Under the pieces are notes generated by a model that was not told where the DNA came from, ran no database searches, and saw only the letters and a list, made by a program, of their open reading frames with translations. A stretch of 64,000 nucleotides of DNA from positions 1-64,000 of the forward strand of contig JYFJ02001761.1 of NCBI GenBank assembly GCA_000934665.2. The letters run 5' to 3'. This DNA comes from Catajapyx aquilonaris. Lineage: Eukaryota. Each line of letters starts with the position of its first letter. The stretch's first letter is position 1. Positions 25,599 to 37,807 of the stretch are shown piece after piece. Position numbers and translations under genes: made by a program.

Positions 25599-28500
25599 CT
25601 ACTCTGTCCATGTCTGGATGATCATCTTCTTGCTAGGGTCATGAGTGAAGTGGTTTGCCTTGAAAATTTCGCTGTTGAAGAAAGGTTGCAGGTTGTGTAT
25701 GTGGAGGTGTCTTGCCTGCAACAAGATGGAAAAAATTAAAATTGCTGTTAATGACTAGTTTGAATAGGGAGGTAAACTATGCATTAAAAGAACATAATTA
25801 TAATCTGCAGTCCAACTCAGCAGTGGCATGTCCTAATGGTTCATGACACGAAGGTTTGTATCTGCTGGTCCATGAGAAAAAAACTTCCTTGCTGGTATTC
25901 CTTGACCAAGGAGAGCAGTCGGGTCAATTCAGGAAATGGAGGAGTTATTGGCCATCAGGTCTTCTGATAAGGCCCCCTTAATTCTACTGCCATGAGGACT
26001 AGCCACCTAAATTCTCCCCTTAAATTTGCTTACGACCATAATCCAAACTGATTCTACTACCTTGTCAGCCAAATCCTTCTCTGAGATTTCAATGGTGTCC
26101 TGAGAAGTCCCGTAGCGGCTGCGGAGGAATGCAGCCTGCTCATTGGCCAGTTGCCGCAGGATGAAGAAGAGCAGCTCATTGTTGTCACGCTTGTAGCTCA
26201 AGTAGCGTGCAAATGTCTAAAAGAATATTGTCATTTAGACAATGTAAGGTAAACATGTTACACTACAATGCTGTCAAAATTTGATCTTATGTCCAGTGTC
26301 CACCCATATGGCCTTCTCAAATACCATGACAAAAAGTACACTACACCCTGCATTTATGTATTAAGAATAGATTCCAGGCCACAAAGATTTTTCAGGTCAA
26401 ACATGCATGTATTGATGTCTCCCTAACTGGAAGCTCACCTTCCTCATGGATCTCATGACACTGTACTTCTGTGTATCAATGAAGCTTTCAAGCATGACCC
26501 TTAAGGCCATGTTGACATCGTCTTCATCAACATAGTCCCTCAGATGCATGCGAGCATGGGCTTCAGCCAGCCGAATCATGCTCTCAATGTGGCGAACAGT
26601 AATAGGAATGCTCCCAGTGGCCATGGACTCCTTCCGAAGCTCTGCATACATCTTGGCCACCTTGTCTTGGTCCATGTGGTGTAGTTTTGGGTGGATCTTC
26701 TCCTTAGCATATAGCAGGTACTTCCGAAGCAGCTCCTGTGGGATCTTGTCTCCTGGTCCAATGTTGGTGCCACCTGAAGGAGTTGGGGTTGGATCAATCT
26801 CATCCTCCACATCCTTGTTGACATCAGCCTATGGGGAGGGGAAAAATTGCATAAACTTTGATATCTGAAGCCTAATAATCTCCGAAAGGTCGACTGTTAC
26901 TACCGAAGGATGGTGCCGAATGTGAGAGTTGACCACAAATCGTGCCAGTTGCTCATCCTGCACTGGATCAGGTTGATCCTTCACCACACATAGGACATCA
27001 AACCGAGACAAGATGGGCTCTGAAAGATCAACATTATCTGCAAAGGTCATACTGGGGTTGTACTGCCCTCCAATGGGATTGGAAGCTGCAATGATGGAAC
27101 ATCGTGCTTGCAGCGAGGTGACGATCCCAGCCTTCGAGATGGAAATAGACTGCTGCTCCATGGCCTCATGAATGGAGGTCCGGTCCTGGTCATTCATCTT
27201 GTCAAACTCATCAATCAAGCAGACTCCGTGGTCAGCCAGCACAAGTGCCCCTGCCTCCAGGGTCCACTCACGAGTGACAGGGGAGCGCTGGACATATGCA
27301 GTCAGACCCACTGCAGAGGCACCTTGGCCAGTAGTAAATACTGCTCGCGGAGCAATCTTCTCAACGTACTTCAGAAATTGGGACTTGGCAGTTCCAGGAT
27401 CCCCACAAATCAGGAGGTTGATATCCCCACGAACTTTGTGCTTCCCACCTGCAGTCCAGAAGGAACAAAATTACAATTTTGGACACCCATCGATTTCAGC
27501 CACTTTTTGACCAGCAGATCACATTCTTCACAGTTCCATTCCCAATGGACTGAACATTAATAGAAAGTGAAATGTAAGATTGCAAAAAGTCGCATTAAAC
27601 TGAACAACTGTTACTATAGGCGCATTCACACGAGCGACCTTCGGCCAGGAAGTTTCCTGGCCAAAGGTCGCCAAGCCCGTTCACACGCTAGTGGCCAGGT
27701 TCGGCCAGGAAGGGAAGGTCGCCACCCGAGACAGGAAAAGGTGGCTGAGCTGGCCATGCTCCGGAAGATGGCTAGCCATGGCCAGCGAAGGTTGCCAGGA
27801 GTAACGCATGCGCAGTAGCGGCACTCCCAAGCGCCTCGCGATGCTCACTTGTCCCCCAACGACGTCGCTCGTGTGAACTGGTACTTTCGATTCCTGGCCA
27901 GCCGCTGGCCACGTTTCCGTATTGGCCAGGAATTCCTGGCCAAGGGTCGCTCGTGTGAATGAGCCTTATGTCAGGTACCTACCAGGGTTCTTAGGCTCCC
28001 CACCAAATAGGCACAGTGCTATTGCCCTCTTGATGTCTTCATGCCCATAAATTGATGGAGCAATGCTGGCAATGATCCTCTCGCCAATCCTTTCGTCTTT
28101 GCTCAGAGCCATAATTGCTTTGACGTCATCATCAGTCAGTGCCTTCACAGCACTACGATCATCCTTCCTCAGGATGTGATTTGCCATAATAACCGTTGCA
28201 AAGATGGGGAATGACTGTCCAGCATTCAGACTTCCATCATAATTATTTGAATACACTCCAGTCACCTCCACCTCATCTCCAGGCTTGCAGGTATCGCAAA
28301 GGTCAGCAAGCAATATGGCATCTTTAGAACGTGGTAGTCGTCCTGCAGCAACTTTCCCTGGAGCTTCCTGCACAGAGATGCGCTGGTAGTTCTGATACAC
28401 TGTCTGCTCCATGTTGATCTGGAATGGACCAGTGCTCTGGCACTCTGGACAACTCCCAGGTTTGACCTCAGTGCTCTGACCTTGCACATATGGACCCAGC

Positions 28501-30133
28501 ACATACCCACACTTATTGCAATCATATTTCACTACGCTGAGCTGTGGCAGGACACCAGTGGTTGAGGTCACCACACCCAATGTGCGGACCAGCTGGTTCA
28601 AATGCAGTTGTCGCAATGATCGTATTTCCTCAACCAAAGGCAAATCAGATATGCGAACATGCACTTCTTTGGAAACACGCTCATACTGTGGGTACATGGA
28701 CAAAACAACCTGTTTGGCAGCCTCGTCAAATATGGTCAGCATCTCCGTTGGAGCTTCTGGCAAGAAGTATGCCAGAACCTGTTCCTCACACGCTAGAAGG
28801 TTGTAATCAACAGTGAAGCTGGCCTTGTTTTGTTCACACATCTGGCGTATCTTGTCCTTGTAGAGATTGTGGCCCTTGGAATCCACATATGTGCGAAGAA
28901 AGTTCTTAAACCGGTTGTAGATCTCCAGGCGGGGGGCTGGCATTGTCACCCACTCATGGATCTTGTGTCCCTTAGTCTCCTCCAAGTTCTCAACAGACTC
29001 CAACATCTAGGATGGAACGAATATTAGTACACTAATGTAGCCATTGCAAATATTTTACCACTACTGTTTCACAGAAAAAGTACAGGTGAACGAGAAAGTA
29101 ATTACGCAGGGTGTAAAATATGATAAAAGCAAGATATGACAAGTGTAGTTCACCATTAGGAAAAAAAACTGGCATTTTGTCGCAAAAACATGGTGGGTTT
29201 CCCATATTTGAAGTTTAGAATTCATTGCAGTTTATGACCTAAATTTATGTCTCTTCTAAGTCTAATGTTAGAAGCAAACGATAAAAAAACAGCTAATGAA
29301 AGCCAGCAGATTAGTCCAACATGAGCTGAAGCAGACACTTGAGTTATAACACACTCCCAACTTCACAATGTGACTTACATCGTCATCTTCTGGTTCCCCT
29401 CCATCAGCAGCCCTCTCTGCTAAGCGCCTCTTCCGTACTGGATGATCGTCTTCATCATCGTCATCTGCAACACATGCGACGTTTTCATTGTTGCTGCATG
29501 TTTCACTTAGGAATTAATCCTTGTTTTAGGTAAATGGTACGTAGTTTCTGACTGTCCATGCCAACAGCCTTTCGACTCAACACTAACCATAGAGCAGCCC
29601 TCGTCGAATCCTCCCTGGCATGAGGCCAGCCTGCTCCCTGTCCCTCTTCCTCATGGCATCTTCAGCCTGGGCCCTGTCCGTCTCTGACATGTCCTCATAA
29701 TCTGAATCATCCAGCGCATCCGGATCATATCTGTCCAGTGCCGGGATGGGTCGGTAGTCCTGCTCCAAGTTGTCCGCAAAGAGGTCATCCCCTTGGTCCT
29801 CCTCCTCCTCCTCCCCTCCCACCCTGCTCTCCTGGAAGTCCCCCGCAATCAGGTCACTCTCATCCTCAAACGGTGGGAGGTCCATGTCGTGCGGCGGAGA
29901 GGACATTGCTGCAGCCGCTGCTGCTGCCCCTGACACACTGCTGTCTCGTGACACATGCCTTCGTCGACGCCGTGCTTGAGGAGTGCGGGGGCTGGACACC
30001 GACGGGGTGGACACATTCGCCGACACAGACGGCGGGGATGTTGGGCGCTCCTAGGGATAAAGTGCAATCAGTGTCCTCACAGTCCTGACCCCCTGCCCTT
30101 TCGCTCAGCAACAAGCGGTCAACCTACCGACAT
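25599..30133 (-). CDS. MCM2: DNA replication licensing factor MCM2
   Basis: Approximate exons: 30133-30128 (Met-Ser only), 30050-29588, 29465-29379, 29006-27983, 27448-26902, 26828-26439, 26216-26060, 25715-25599. Histone-binding region [12 protein letters not shown], Zn finger CNKC..CPEC, Walker [10 protein letters not shown], Walker [10 protein letters not shown], arginine finger ILSRFD, and PITVRHIES. Confidence 0.98.
27619..27965. mobile_element. PIF/Harbinger-like MITE in an MCM2 intron
   Basis: TIRs GGCGCATTCACACGAGCGACC / GGTCGCTCGTGTGAATGAGCC, flanked by ATA/TTA (close to the TWA 3-bp TSD). Many internal TGGCCA/CCTGGCC repeats; CpG-rich against CpG-poor flanks. Confidence 0.85.
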
Positions 30134-30645
30134 CTTGGCTATCCTTCAGTCCTCCCAACCTTTGTGCCCGGCTTTGTGCCTGATCTGACCTCGGGACGAC
30201 AAAGGACGCAGCTGCTTCCCGTGCTGGAAGGCGCCTTTTCCACAGCGATGCAGATCATTACGATCATATCCATGAAGCCTGTTACTACAAAATGCGAATT
30301 ATCTGGGGCTCTACCATTTAATTGGTGCCTTTCTTATTGCATGAATTTATAAATATATTTACAAGTAAGTGGACAGCACCGGCTGCTGGGAAAGGGGGGG
30401 GAGGCCAATCGGACCAATCAGAAGCAGCAGATACATTGATCCGGCCAATCAGCTTTGTGGAACGTTTCCTTCGATCTGGCACCACTGCCAGCCACTGCTG
30501 AGCAGCTTTCATCCCGGTCACCCGGTGCGGTGCTGTAGTCCATCCATGCTCTTTGTTCCTCCCGAGGGCACCGTCATCTCTTGCAGGCCATTCCGACCAA
30601 AGTGATTCCGACTGTTCCAAGGGAGAGAGTGCTGGGAGTTGGGTG
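30134..30645. promoter_or_regulatory. Bidirectional CpG-rich promoter shared by MCM2 and THUMPD3, with CCAAT boxes
   Basis: The start codons are ~510 bp apart head-to-head. CCAAT at 30405, 30414 and 30445, plus reverse ATTGG at 30321; E2F-like GGCGCCTTTTCC near 30231. Confidence 0.75.
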
Positions 30646-33600
30646 ATGGCTGACGTGAACGGAGGGTCGGAGCACGGGGGCGGGGGAGATGGGGACAGGC
30701 CCCGGGGGCAGTGGGGACGCCGGGGCGGACGCGGGTGGAACAAGGGCAGGGGAAGGGGTCGAGGGGGCGGATGGCGGAACAGCAGGAGGGACGACGAGGA
30801 CCGTGGGCATTACGGCAGCAGTAAGGACGCCAAGGAGGTCCACATTGATGACAGCCAGCTGCTGGGGCTGCTGCCTGACCACCCTGAGGTGTGCACAGTG
30901 GAGGCCACCGTGGTTACCGGCATGGAACCCATTGCTGCAAAGGAGTGCGGGGAGAAGCTGGGGGCCAAGGCCATTCTCTCCAGGGGGAGGATCATCTTCG
31001 ACATGCCTGTCCATCGGGTCCATGAGGTACGCAGAGGTCGGATTGCGTGGGTGTTGTAACTGGTGCTGATTTGTTTTTTTTTTTACTTTGCAGGTGTTCC
31101 AGCTAAGAGCAGTTGACAATGTATTTGTAATGCTGGATCTGGTGCAGAACTTTTCCTGGACTGGGAATAAGGTTGGTTAACGAGGTTCACAGGGTCTGGG
31201 GCATTAGAATGGCAGTGATATTTATCTGCCTGGTAAAGCATGATCTACAGTTCTACATTAGTGTTCAATGCAGTATGTTATCCAAAAATACATGGTCCAG
31301 AAAAATTACATCATTAATATTAAATTAAAATGAAAAGATGAGACACTGAAAGGGACTTGACATTCAGCTTATATTTATTCGTCTCACAGTCAAATGGTTT
31401 GTCAGAGAAAATTGTCCCATGGCGCATCGGAGTCTACAATATGCGTCATTTTCACCAAGATTGGACAACTTTGAAAATCGAACTTTGAGTGTCTTTAGCT
31501 GCCAAATGGCATGGTAGATTTTCTTCAGCCTTCAGAACAATTGACCCTGAGGACAAGATGTATCAACTGACTCAAGTTTCAGCCGAATCCAACTGGCTCA
31601 ACTTTTCCCATATGATGCATCCCAAGTCCGTTGGCATATTGGGAGTGATGTTAAGGGGGCGCATTAGTAAAAAAATACGGTAACAATCGGTAACAATGCG
31701 AGCCCTTGGCGACTACGTAAACAAACTCGCGTTTGCATGGACAGCATAATTATGGGGATTCGACATGTCCACGCTTCTGCGGCCGTACGGCCACAAAAAT
31801 GGAGCAATGGACACAAAAATTACACCAAAAAATAGGACATGATCTGGCGCAGGGCACCTTCGGCGTCATTTTACCATTTTCGGCCTAGAAGTGACCTTTT
31901 CATCGAGTTGAAGTGAAAGGAAAATGGCTTTCCCGAAAAGCCCATTTGAATAACATGGCGGCAGGAACGCGACAAATTCGGGAACTCTTCAGCGCCCGTA
32001 TGTCCACAATTTTAAGGCAATCATATCGAGTATGGTACCATAGTACAGGCCAAACCTTTCCGCAGGGCACCTTCGGCGTGATTTTTCTGATTAACCGTCC
32101 GTTTCGCCACAAAAAATAAAATTCCCTCAAAAATGCGCCTACCGTATTTTTACTCATGCGCCCCCTTAAAAAGTAGGCATATGTGTGTGTAGGGAGCAAA
32201 AAGGGATAAGAGGCCAATTCACAAGTATGCAGTGGCAAATTAAATTCAGTCCAATCCAGTGGACTTTGAGCAAATGAGAAAGCAAGATAGTGGATGCCAA
32301 GTCCTGCCAGTGACAGGGTACTTCTCTGTTTCATGATACCCATTGTGGATTTTTTAAATGGAATAGGCCTCCCTTCTGTTTTTGGGGTCGTCCAGACGGG
32401 CCGACCTTAGCCGCGGCTGGTCGAGGCCGCGACGGTTCACACGGCAACGGCCACGGCCAGGCCACGGCTCAGAAGTTGGCCAAGTTGGCCGACTTCCTGG
32501 AAGTTGGCTCGCTGCTTGGCCACGGCTTGGCCTCGGCGACGGATACGGCGTGTCACTTGTTTTTCGTCGCTGCCATGACTACCGGCCACTATTACAAATG
32601 CGGGTGGCTGTTATTAAAATATGTGCCCGTCTGAACGGGTACCGTGGCCAGCCGTGGCTCCGCAAGCCGGGGCCGCGGCCGGCCGCGGCTAAGGTCGGCC
32701 CGTCTGGACGGCCCCATAGTCAACCAAGTCAACCTTTCACTTTCCAAATTTCTATGGAGATGCTATCGTGCAGCAAAAGGCGTAAACAATGTCAACAGTA
32801 GGATAATTCCAGAAATGCATTATCTGATGTCCGTTGCTATGTAATGGCACTTTCATAGTGTCGTGCCTTTGAGGCACTTATCCCGCTTTTAGCGAAGCTA
32901 TGTGGCAACCCTGCCTGGAATGTATGAGCACTATACAAGAAGCGAGGGTGACCCTGCTAAAAAGCCCTTTCGGCTGTAACCTCTGAGCAATACACTTGTG
33001 TTGTCCTCAGTCTGGCGAATAATTTGCCTGACTCCAGCACTTGAGCTAGCCTAGTCAGTACTGTAGTACAGTGCTGGACATTAATTTCGTCGCACTGATA
33101 GCGACATTTTCCAATGTGGAAGAAGTGCACATCAAAGTGATGGAGTGCGAGCCATACAAGTAAGAAATGGTAGGCCTTGGGTGACATCACCGGCTGGGGG
33201 CAAATGGCTTGTCTCCAGCCAGTGACATCACCCAAGGCATACCATTTCTTACTCGCACGGCTCGCACTCCATCACTTTGATGTGCACTTCTGCCGCATCG
33301 GAAAATGTCGCTAGCAGTACGATGGAATTAATTTCCAGCACTGGTCCTGACAATGGACATTTAAGTTAGACTGTTAGAGGTTGACTATAAAAGAACACCA
33401 AACTAACTAAACTAACTAAACTAAAAATATCTATTGTGGAGGTTCAGGAAATTTAAAAATACCCTTATTTTTTCTGCAATATATTGTTGCTGTCTCATTT
33501 TGCCAAGCCACCTCCAATCCACCAAAAACTACTTGGCTGTATAATTTTTACTAGTCTGAATTTATGGTGGCCACATTTTCACTTCTCATTTTAGTGCTGC

Positions 33601-36600
33601 TATGCCTTTTGCATTTTCAGTGCGGTGTGCTGCTCCTGCCCATTTGTAGCCTCACTTTCATTTTGCCAAATTTGCGAAATGACTTTTAATGCAGTGTTTA
33701 TTCTACTTTGCAAGGGTTTTCCGTACTGGGGAACCTTTAAAAAATCAGGAGTAAATAGGCTTCCACTGTGTGTGAGGTCCATCACAGAGAGCTTTCACTG
33801 CATGACTGTTGCTTCAGGTGTTGTTGCATTAATATTAACCTTTGCCATGGGTTTTCCCAGGAATTGGATTTGGATCGTGTGGCTGATCATGCATACGAGA
33901 TTAAGTGGGACAAAGGTCTGGAGGTATGGAAGAACATCACCAAGTTCGAAGGCATTGTTTATCCAGTGGAGCCTCGCCAGTGCCCAGTACGTCGAGCCAA
34001 AATTCCATGTGCTGTTCCAGGCAAAGGTTCAAGACCAGATGGGGAAGCTCATGATGCTGAAGTAAATGTAGTGGTGATAGATAAATCCATTGCAAAAGAA
34101 GGTCATGAACCTGGCATGAAGGATGTTGATGCTGAAATGTGCAAGGAGACTGTTGATGATCAACCATTGCCTCACCCAGAGGCTGCTGATGCTGAACCTC
34201 ACTCAGAGACTGATGAGCCTGAACCACAGTCAGAGTCTACTGATGATACTAAATTATGCTCAGAGACTGCTGATGCTGAAGCTTGCTCAGAGACTGATGA
34301 TGCTGAACCACAACCTACTGATGATGGTGAACCTCACCCAGAGTCTACTCATGATGCTGATCCTTGCCAAGAGTCTGATATGGCTGAACCACAGCCAGAG
34401 TCTACTGATGATGCTAAACTATGCTCAGAGGCTGCGGATGCTGAACCTCCCCCAGAGTCTACGGACGATGCTGAACCTCACCCAGAGTCTACGGACGATG
34501 CTGAACCTCACCCAGAGTCTACTGATGATGCTGATCCTCACCCAGAGTCTACTGATGATGCTGATCCTCACCCAGAGTCTACAGATGATGCTGATCCCCA
34601 CCATGAGACAGATCTGGCTGAACCACAGCCAGAATCTACTGATGACACTGAACCTCACCCAGAGACTGAACCACCACTGGAATCTACTGAAGATGCTGAA
34701 CCGTGCCACGATGCTGCTGCTGATGAACCCATCATTGAAGCTGGTGCTGAACCTAGCTGTGCAGCAGCAGCGGCAGAATTGAAACAAGATATTGCAGAAT
34801 TGAAGCAAGTTATTGCCGAGTTTCGTGAAAAGACTGCAGAAGCTCAATGCATCTTTGATAGTGCTGCAATAGAGTCCTCCCAGGGGCTGCCTGATGCAGA
34901 ATTACCCTGTGATACTGTTGAGGCTGAAGTTGGTAAAGAGGCTGTTGGTGGTGAGCCTGACCTAAATGCTGCTGATCTTGATGGAGCTCAAGGTGTGCTG
35001 GCAGAAGCCAAGCCTTGCCAAGAGACTTTTGAAACCAAATCAAGCAAAGACATTCCCTATGCAAAGCCTGCCCTAAATGCTGCTGATGTGGAACAAGCCA
35101 AAGGGGCAGGTGATGCTAAGTCCACCAGAAGGCATGCTGAAGAAAAAATGTGCCAAGAGACTTCCGCTGCTGAACCTAGGAATGAGGGTCCTGCTTCAGG
35201 TCCTAACCTAGGGAGTGACAGGATTGAAATTGGAAGCAGCACTATTGTTTTTAACAATCAGAATGCCTCAGGAGATTCTACTGAATCATCTAATGAGGCC
35301 AGAAGTGGGGATGAAACAACAAAGGAAGGCAGTTGTCGAATTGGTCATGTGCATGGCATGCTGCGGGGCCTTGCGCCCATGTTGCAAGGAGTTGTAGATT
35401 TAGTGTCTCAGATCACAGCAGAGGTTGAGAGTATACATAACGGAGAAAACTCTCCCCAAGTTCATGATGTACAAGGAAAAGAAGCAGCCGAGACCGAGAA
35501 CTTACAGGATGGAGAAGTGTGTTCACAGGGCGCTTTGGAGCCAGAAGAGGCTGATGATTCAGGAGAAGCAGGAAAGATTGATGATAGGCCAGGAGTGTTG
35601 AAGTTCCGTGTCACCTGCTACAGATCTGGCAAGCATGCTTTTTCATCTATGGATGTTTCAAAGCACTTTGGAGGGACCGTTCAAGATAAGTTCAGCTGGA
35701 AGGTGAACATGACCAAGCATAACCTGGAAGTTGTGATCAGCGTTGATGGAGGTAAAGTATGGCTTTTTATATTTGTGTTAATATTCCTTCAGCAGGGTTT
35801 CGTAATTAACAACATGGTGGTGCCTAGTGTAAGTGGAAACTCATGCTGAGCTACAAATTGTAATTTTTGAATGTTGAGTGGAAATTTAATTTTATAATGC
35901 TGTGATGGCAGTAACAAGGAAGCTTGCCAGATCATTGGAGTGAGGTAATTTTAATTACACACCCACATCAGCCTAATTTTGGATGGTATAACACAGACAG
36001 TTCTCTCTAGATCTGTGATCATAACTTTAATGTCGAGAAAAATTTCAAATGTAATCAGAATTTGGTTGTATACAGGAGCCGTCACAGTTTTTAATTAATA
36101 ATACTGCTCTCTTGTTACAGACAGGATATACACTTGCCTGTCCTTGACCAAAGAAAGTCTTCATCGACGTAATATCACCCACTTTGGACCGACCACTTTG
36201 AGGGCTACTATATGTTACAACATGCTCCGCCTTGCTGAAGTGGGTCCTGGAGATGTGGTGATTGATCCTATGTGTGGAGGAGGATCCATCCCCATTGAGG
36301 TAAATATCAGAGCTGTCACAAATTTGATTGGAAATAAAACATGATCCATTGTCAATAGCTGTCAATATTGTTAGTCCCACTTCATACCCACATGTACACT
36401 TATTGCAAGCAGCAAGGTTGCCTAATCATGCCTGGTCATGTTAGGTTCTTAAAGTGCCGAAATCAGACAGTGGTACAAGTGCAGCATCATTATGAATTGG
36501 CCTTTAAGGTTGTAGGTAATTAAATGAGATTTGTAGTTCAGTGATGCCAGATTTTTAAAATTGTTTCAGTAACCTGAATGAATATATACTGACATTGACG

Positions 36601-37807
36601 TGCACAATATGCATTTTGACCATAATTACATGTATCTTGAACATTTTCACACATTACAGGGTGCATTAGCATTACCAGAAGCCATTTACATCGGTGCTGA
36701 CATGTTTGACAAGGCCTGGCAACGCACATTTGATAACATGATTCTACTGGAGAAAAAACTGGGAAAACGACTCCTAATGGATGTGTGCTGCTGGGACACT
36801 TGTCGCTTGCCTCTTCGTAACAAGTCCATTGATGTGTTTGTAACTGATATGGTGAGTTGGTGTTATTATTTTTCTGGTCAATGCTGATTAACTGATGGTA
36901 AGTTAGCTCATATTTGTAATGGTAAAACTCACTGATTCTAATTTACTACCAGTTGGCAGTGAGTTTGACTGCCCATTTAATTTATATGAGCTAACTTATG
37001 AAACACTTGGTGTACAATGTAAGTTAGTCTATCCTTACAAAATTATATTTAATTTACAACTCATGATCATGAACCTTTACTCCTTGACAGTAACATTAAT
37101 TATATAACTAATCTCTTTTGTCTTCCATCTAGCCATTTGGCAAACGCATGGGAAGCACGATTGACAACAAGCGCCTGTATCCCAGGGTCCTGCACGAGTT
37201 GGCTCGTGTTTGCAGGCCTGCTACGGGAAGGGCTGTTATTCTTACAAAGGACAAAACCAACATGATTAAGGTGAGATATGGTGTTACATTGAATGACTAG
37301 GGGCTGGTTGCATGAATGGGACAGAATCTCATAAACAAAGAAATTGTTTTATGACAGCCAAGTATTCAAAAACCTTTAAACAAAACAAAAATATGGCATG
37401 AATGTGAATGTCACTAATTTCACCTGATTCCTGAGATAATCTTCAATCCTCTTCTCCAAATCCTACTGCATTTTTATTTACTAGGTTCTTTACGGCCATA
37501 CTGGTTTTAAAGTAGCTTTCCTGCAACTGGCCCTGAAGAACTCAAAGTGAATGGTGTTAGATGAGCACAATAACTGCCACTAGAGACCTCATCATATCCG
37601 CAATGCCATCTTTAATCAATCTTGATTGTTGCCCACAATATATTAGATCTTATAGTTAACCAGAGGAACTAAACATACAATTACTTACAGGCTGCTCAAC
37701 AGTTTTCCTACATGTGGAAGACAGCTCGTATCCACGGCATCAACATTGGGGGCCTGAAAGGGACTGTCTTTGTGCTGCACAGGACTGCCTCATCAGGCGT
37801 ATTCTAA
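30646..37807 (+). CDS. THUMPD3: THUMP domain-containing protein 3-like tRNA (guanine-N2)-methyltransferase with a very large internal insertion
   Basis: Exons 30646-31026, 31094-31171, 33861-35751, 36121-36299, 36660-36851, 37133-37270, 37691-37807. Motifs EATVVTGMEPIAAKEC, RGRIIF, LRAVDN, LKFRVTCYRSG, FGGTVQDKFSW, ESLHRRNITHFGPTTLR, DPMCGGGSIPIEG (SAM binding), TDMPFGKRMG and INIGGL. Confidence 0.93.
31655..32165. mobile_element. TTAA-flanked MITE (Kolobok-like termini) in THUMPD3 intron 2
   Basis: TTAA|GGGGGCGCATTAGTAAAAAAATACGGTA ... TACCGTATTTTTACTCATGCGCCCCC|TTAA. Internal direct repeat CGCAGGGCACCTTCGGCGT at ~31848 and ~32061. Confidence 0.85.
32384..32715. mobile_element. Second PIF/Harbinger-like MITE in THUMPD3 intron 2
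   Basis: TIRs of ~32 bp: GGGGTCGTCCAGACGGGCCGACCTTAGCCGCGGC / GCCGCGGCTAAGGTCGGCCCGTCTGGACGGCCCC. Internal GGCCACGGC repeats; very CpG-rich. Confidence 0.85.
33069..33343. mobile_element. Foldback MITE family A, copy 2 (THUMPD3 intron 2)
   Basis: CAGTGCTGGACATTAAT...ATTAATTTCCAGCACTG, arms of ~130 bp, same internal sequence as 9429-9668. Confidence 0.9.
34180..34720 (+). repeat. Coding 30-bp minisatellite (GATGATGCTGAACCTCACCCAGAGTCTACT; peptide AEPHPESTDD) inside THUMPD3 exon 3
   Basis: About 17-18 degenerate 10-aa units, purest at ~34439-34590. Confidence 0.95.

Noticed and set aside
25815..25960. Possible tRNA or tRNA-derived SINE in the last MCM2 intron (A-box-like TGGCATGTCCTAATGG)
   Set aside because: No B-box or cloverleaf and no second copy in the window.
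34180..34720. Regular ~30-bp periodicity superficially like a CRISPR array
   Set aside because: Units are contiguous with no unique spacers, lie in frame in a eukaryotic exon, and there are no cas genes.
34123..34847. Long alternative ORFs (34123-34782 + 'MLMLK...LNLTQSLLMM' and 34425-34847 -)
   Set aside because: By-products of a stop-free 30-bp repeat read in other frames; the THUMPD3 frame links conserved motifs on both sides.
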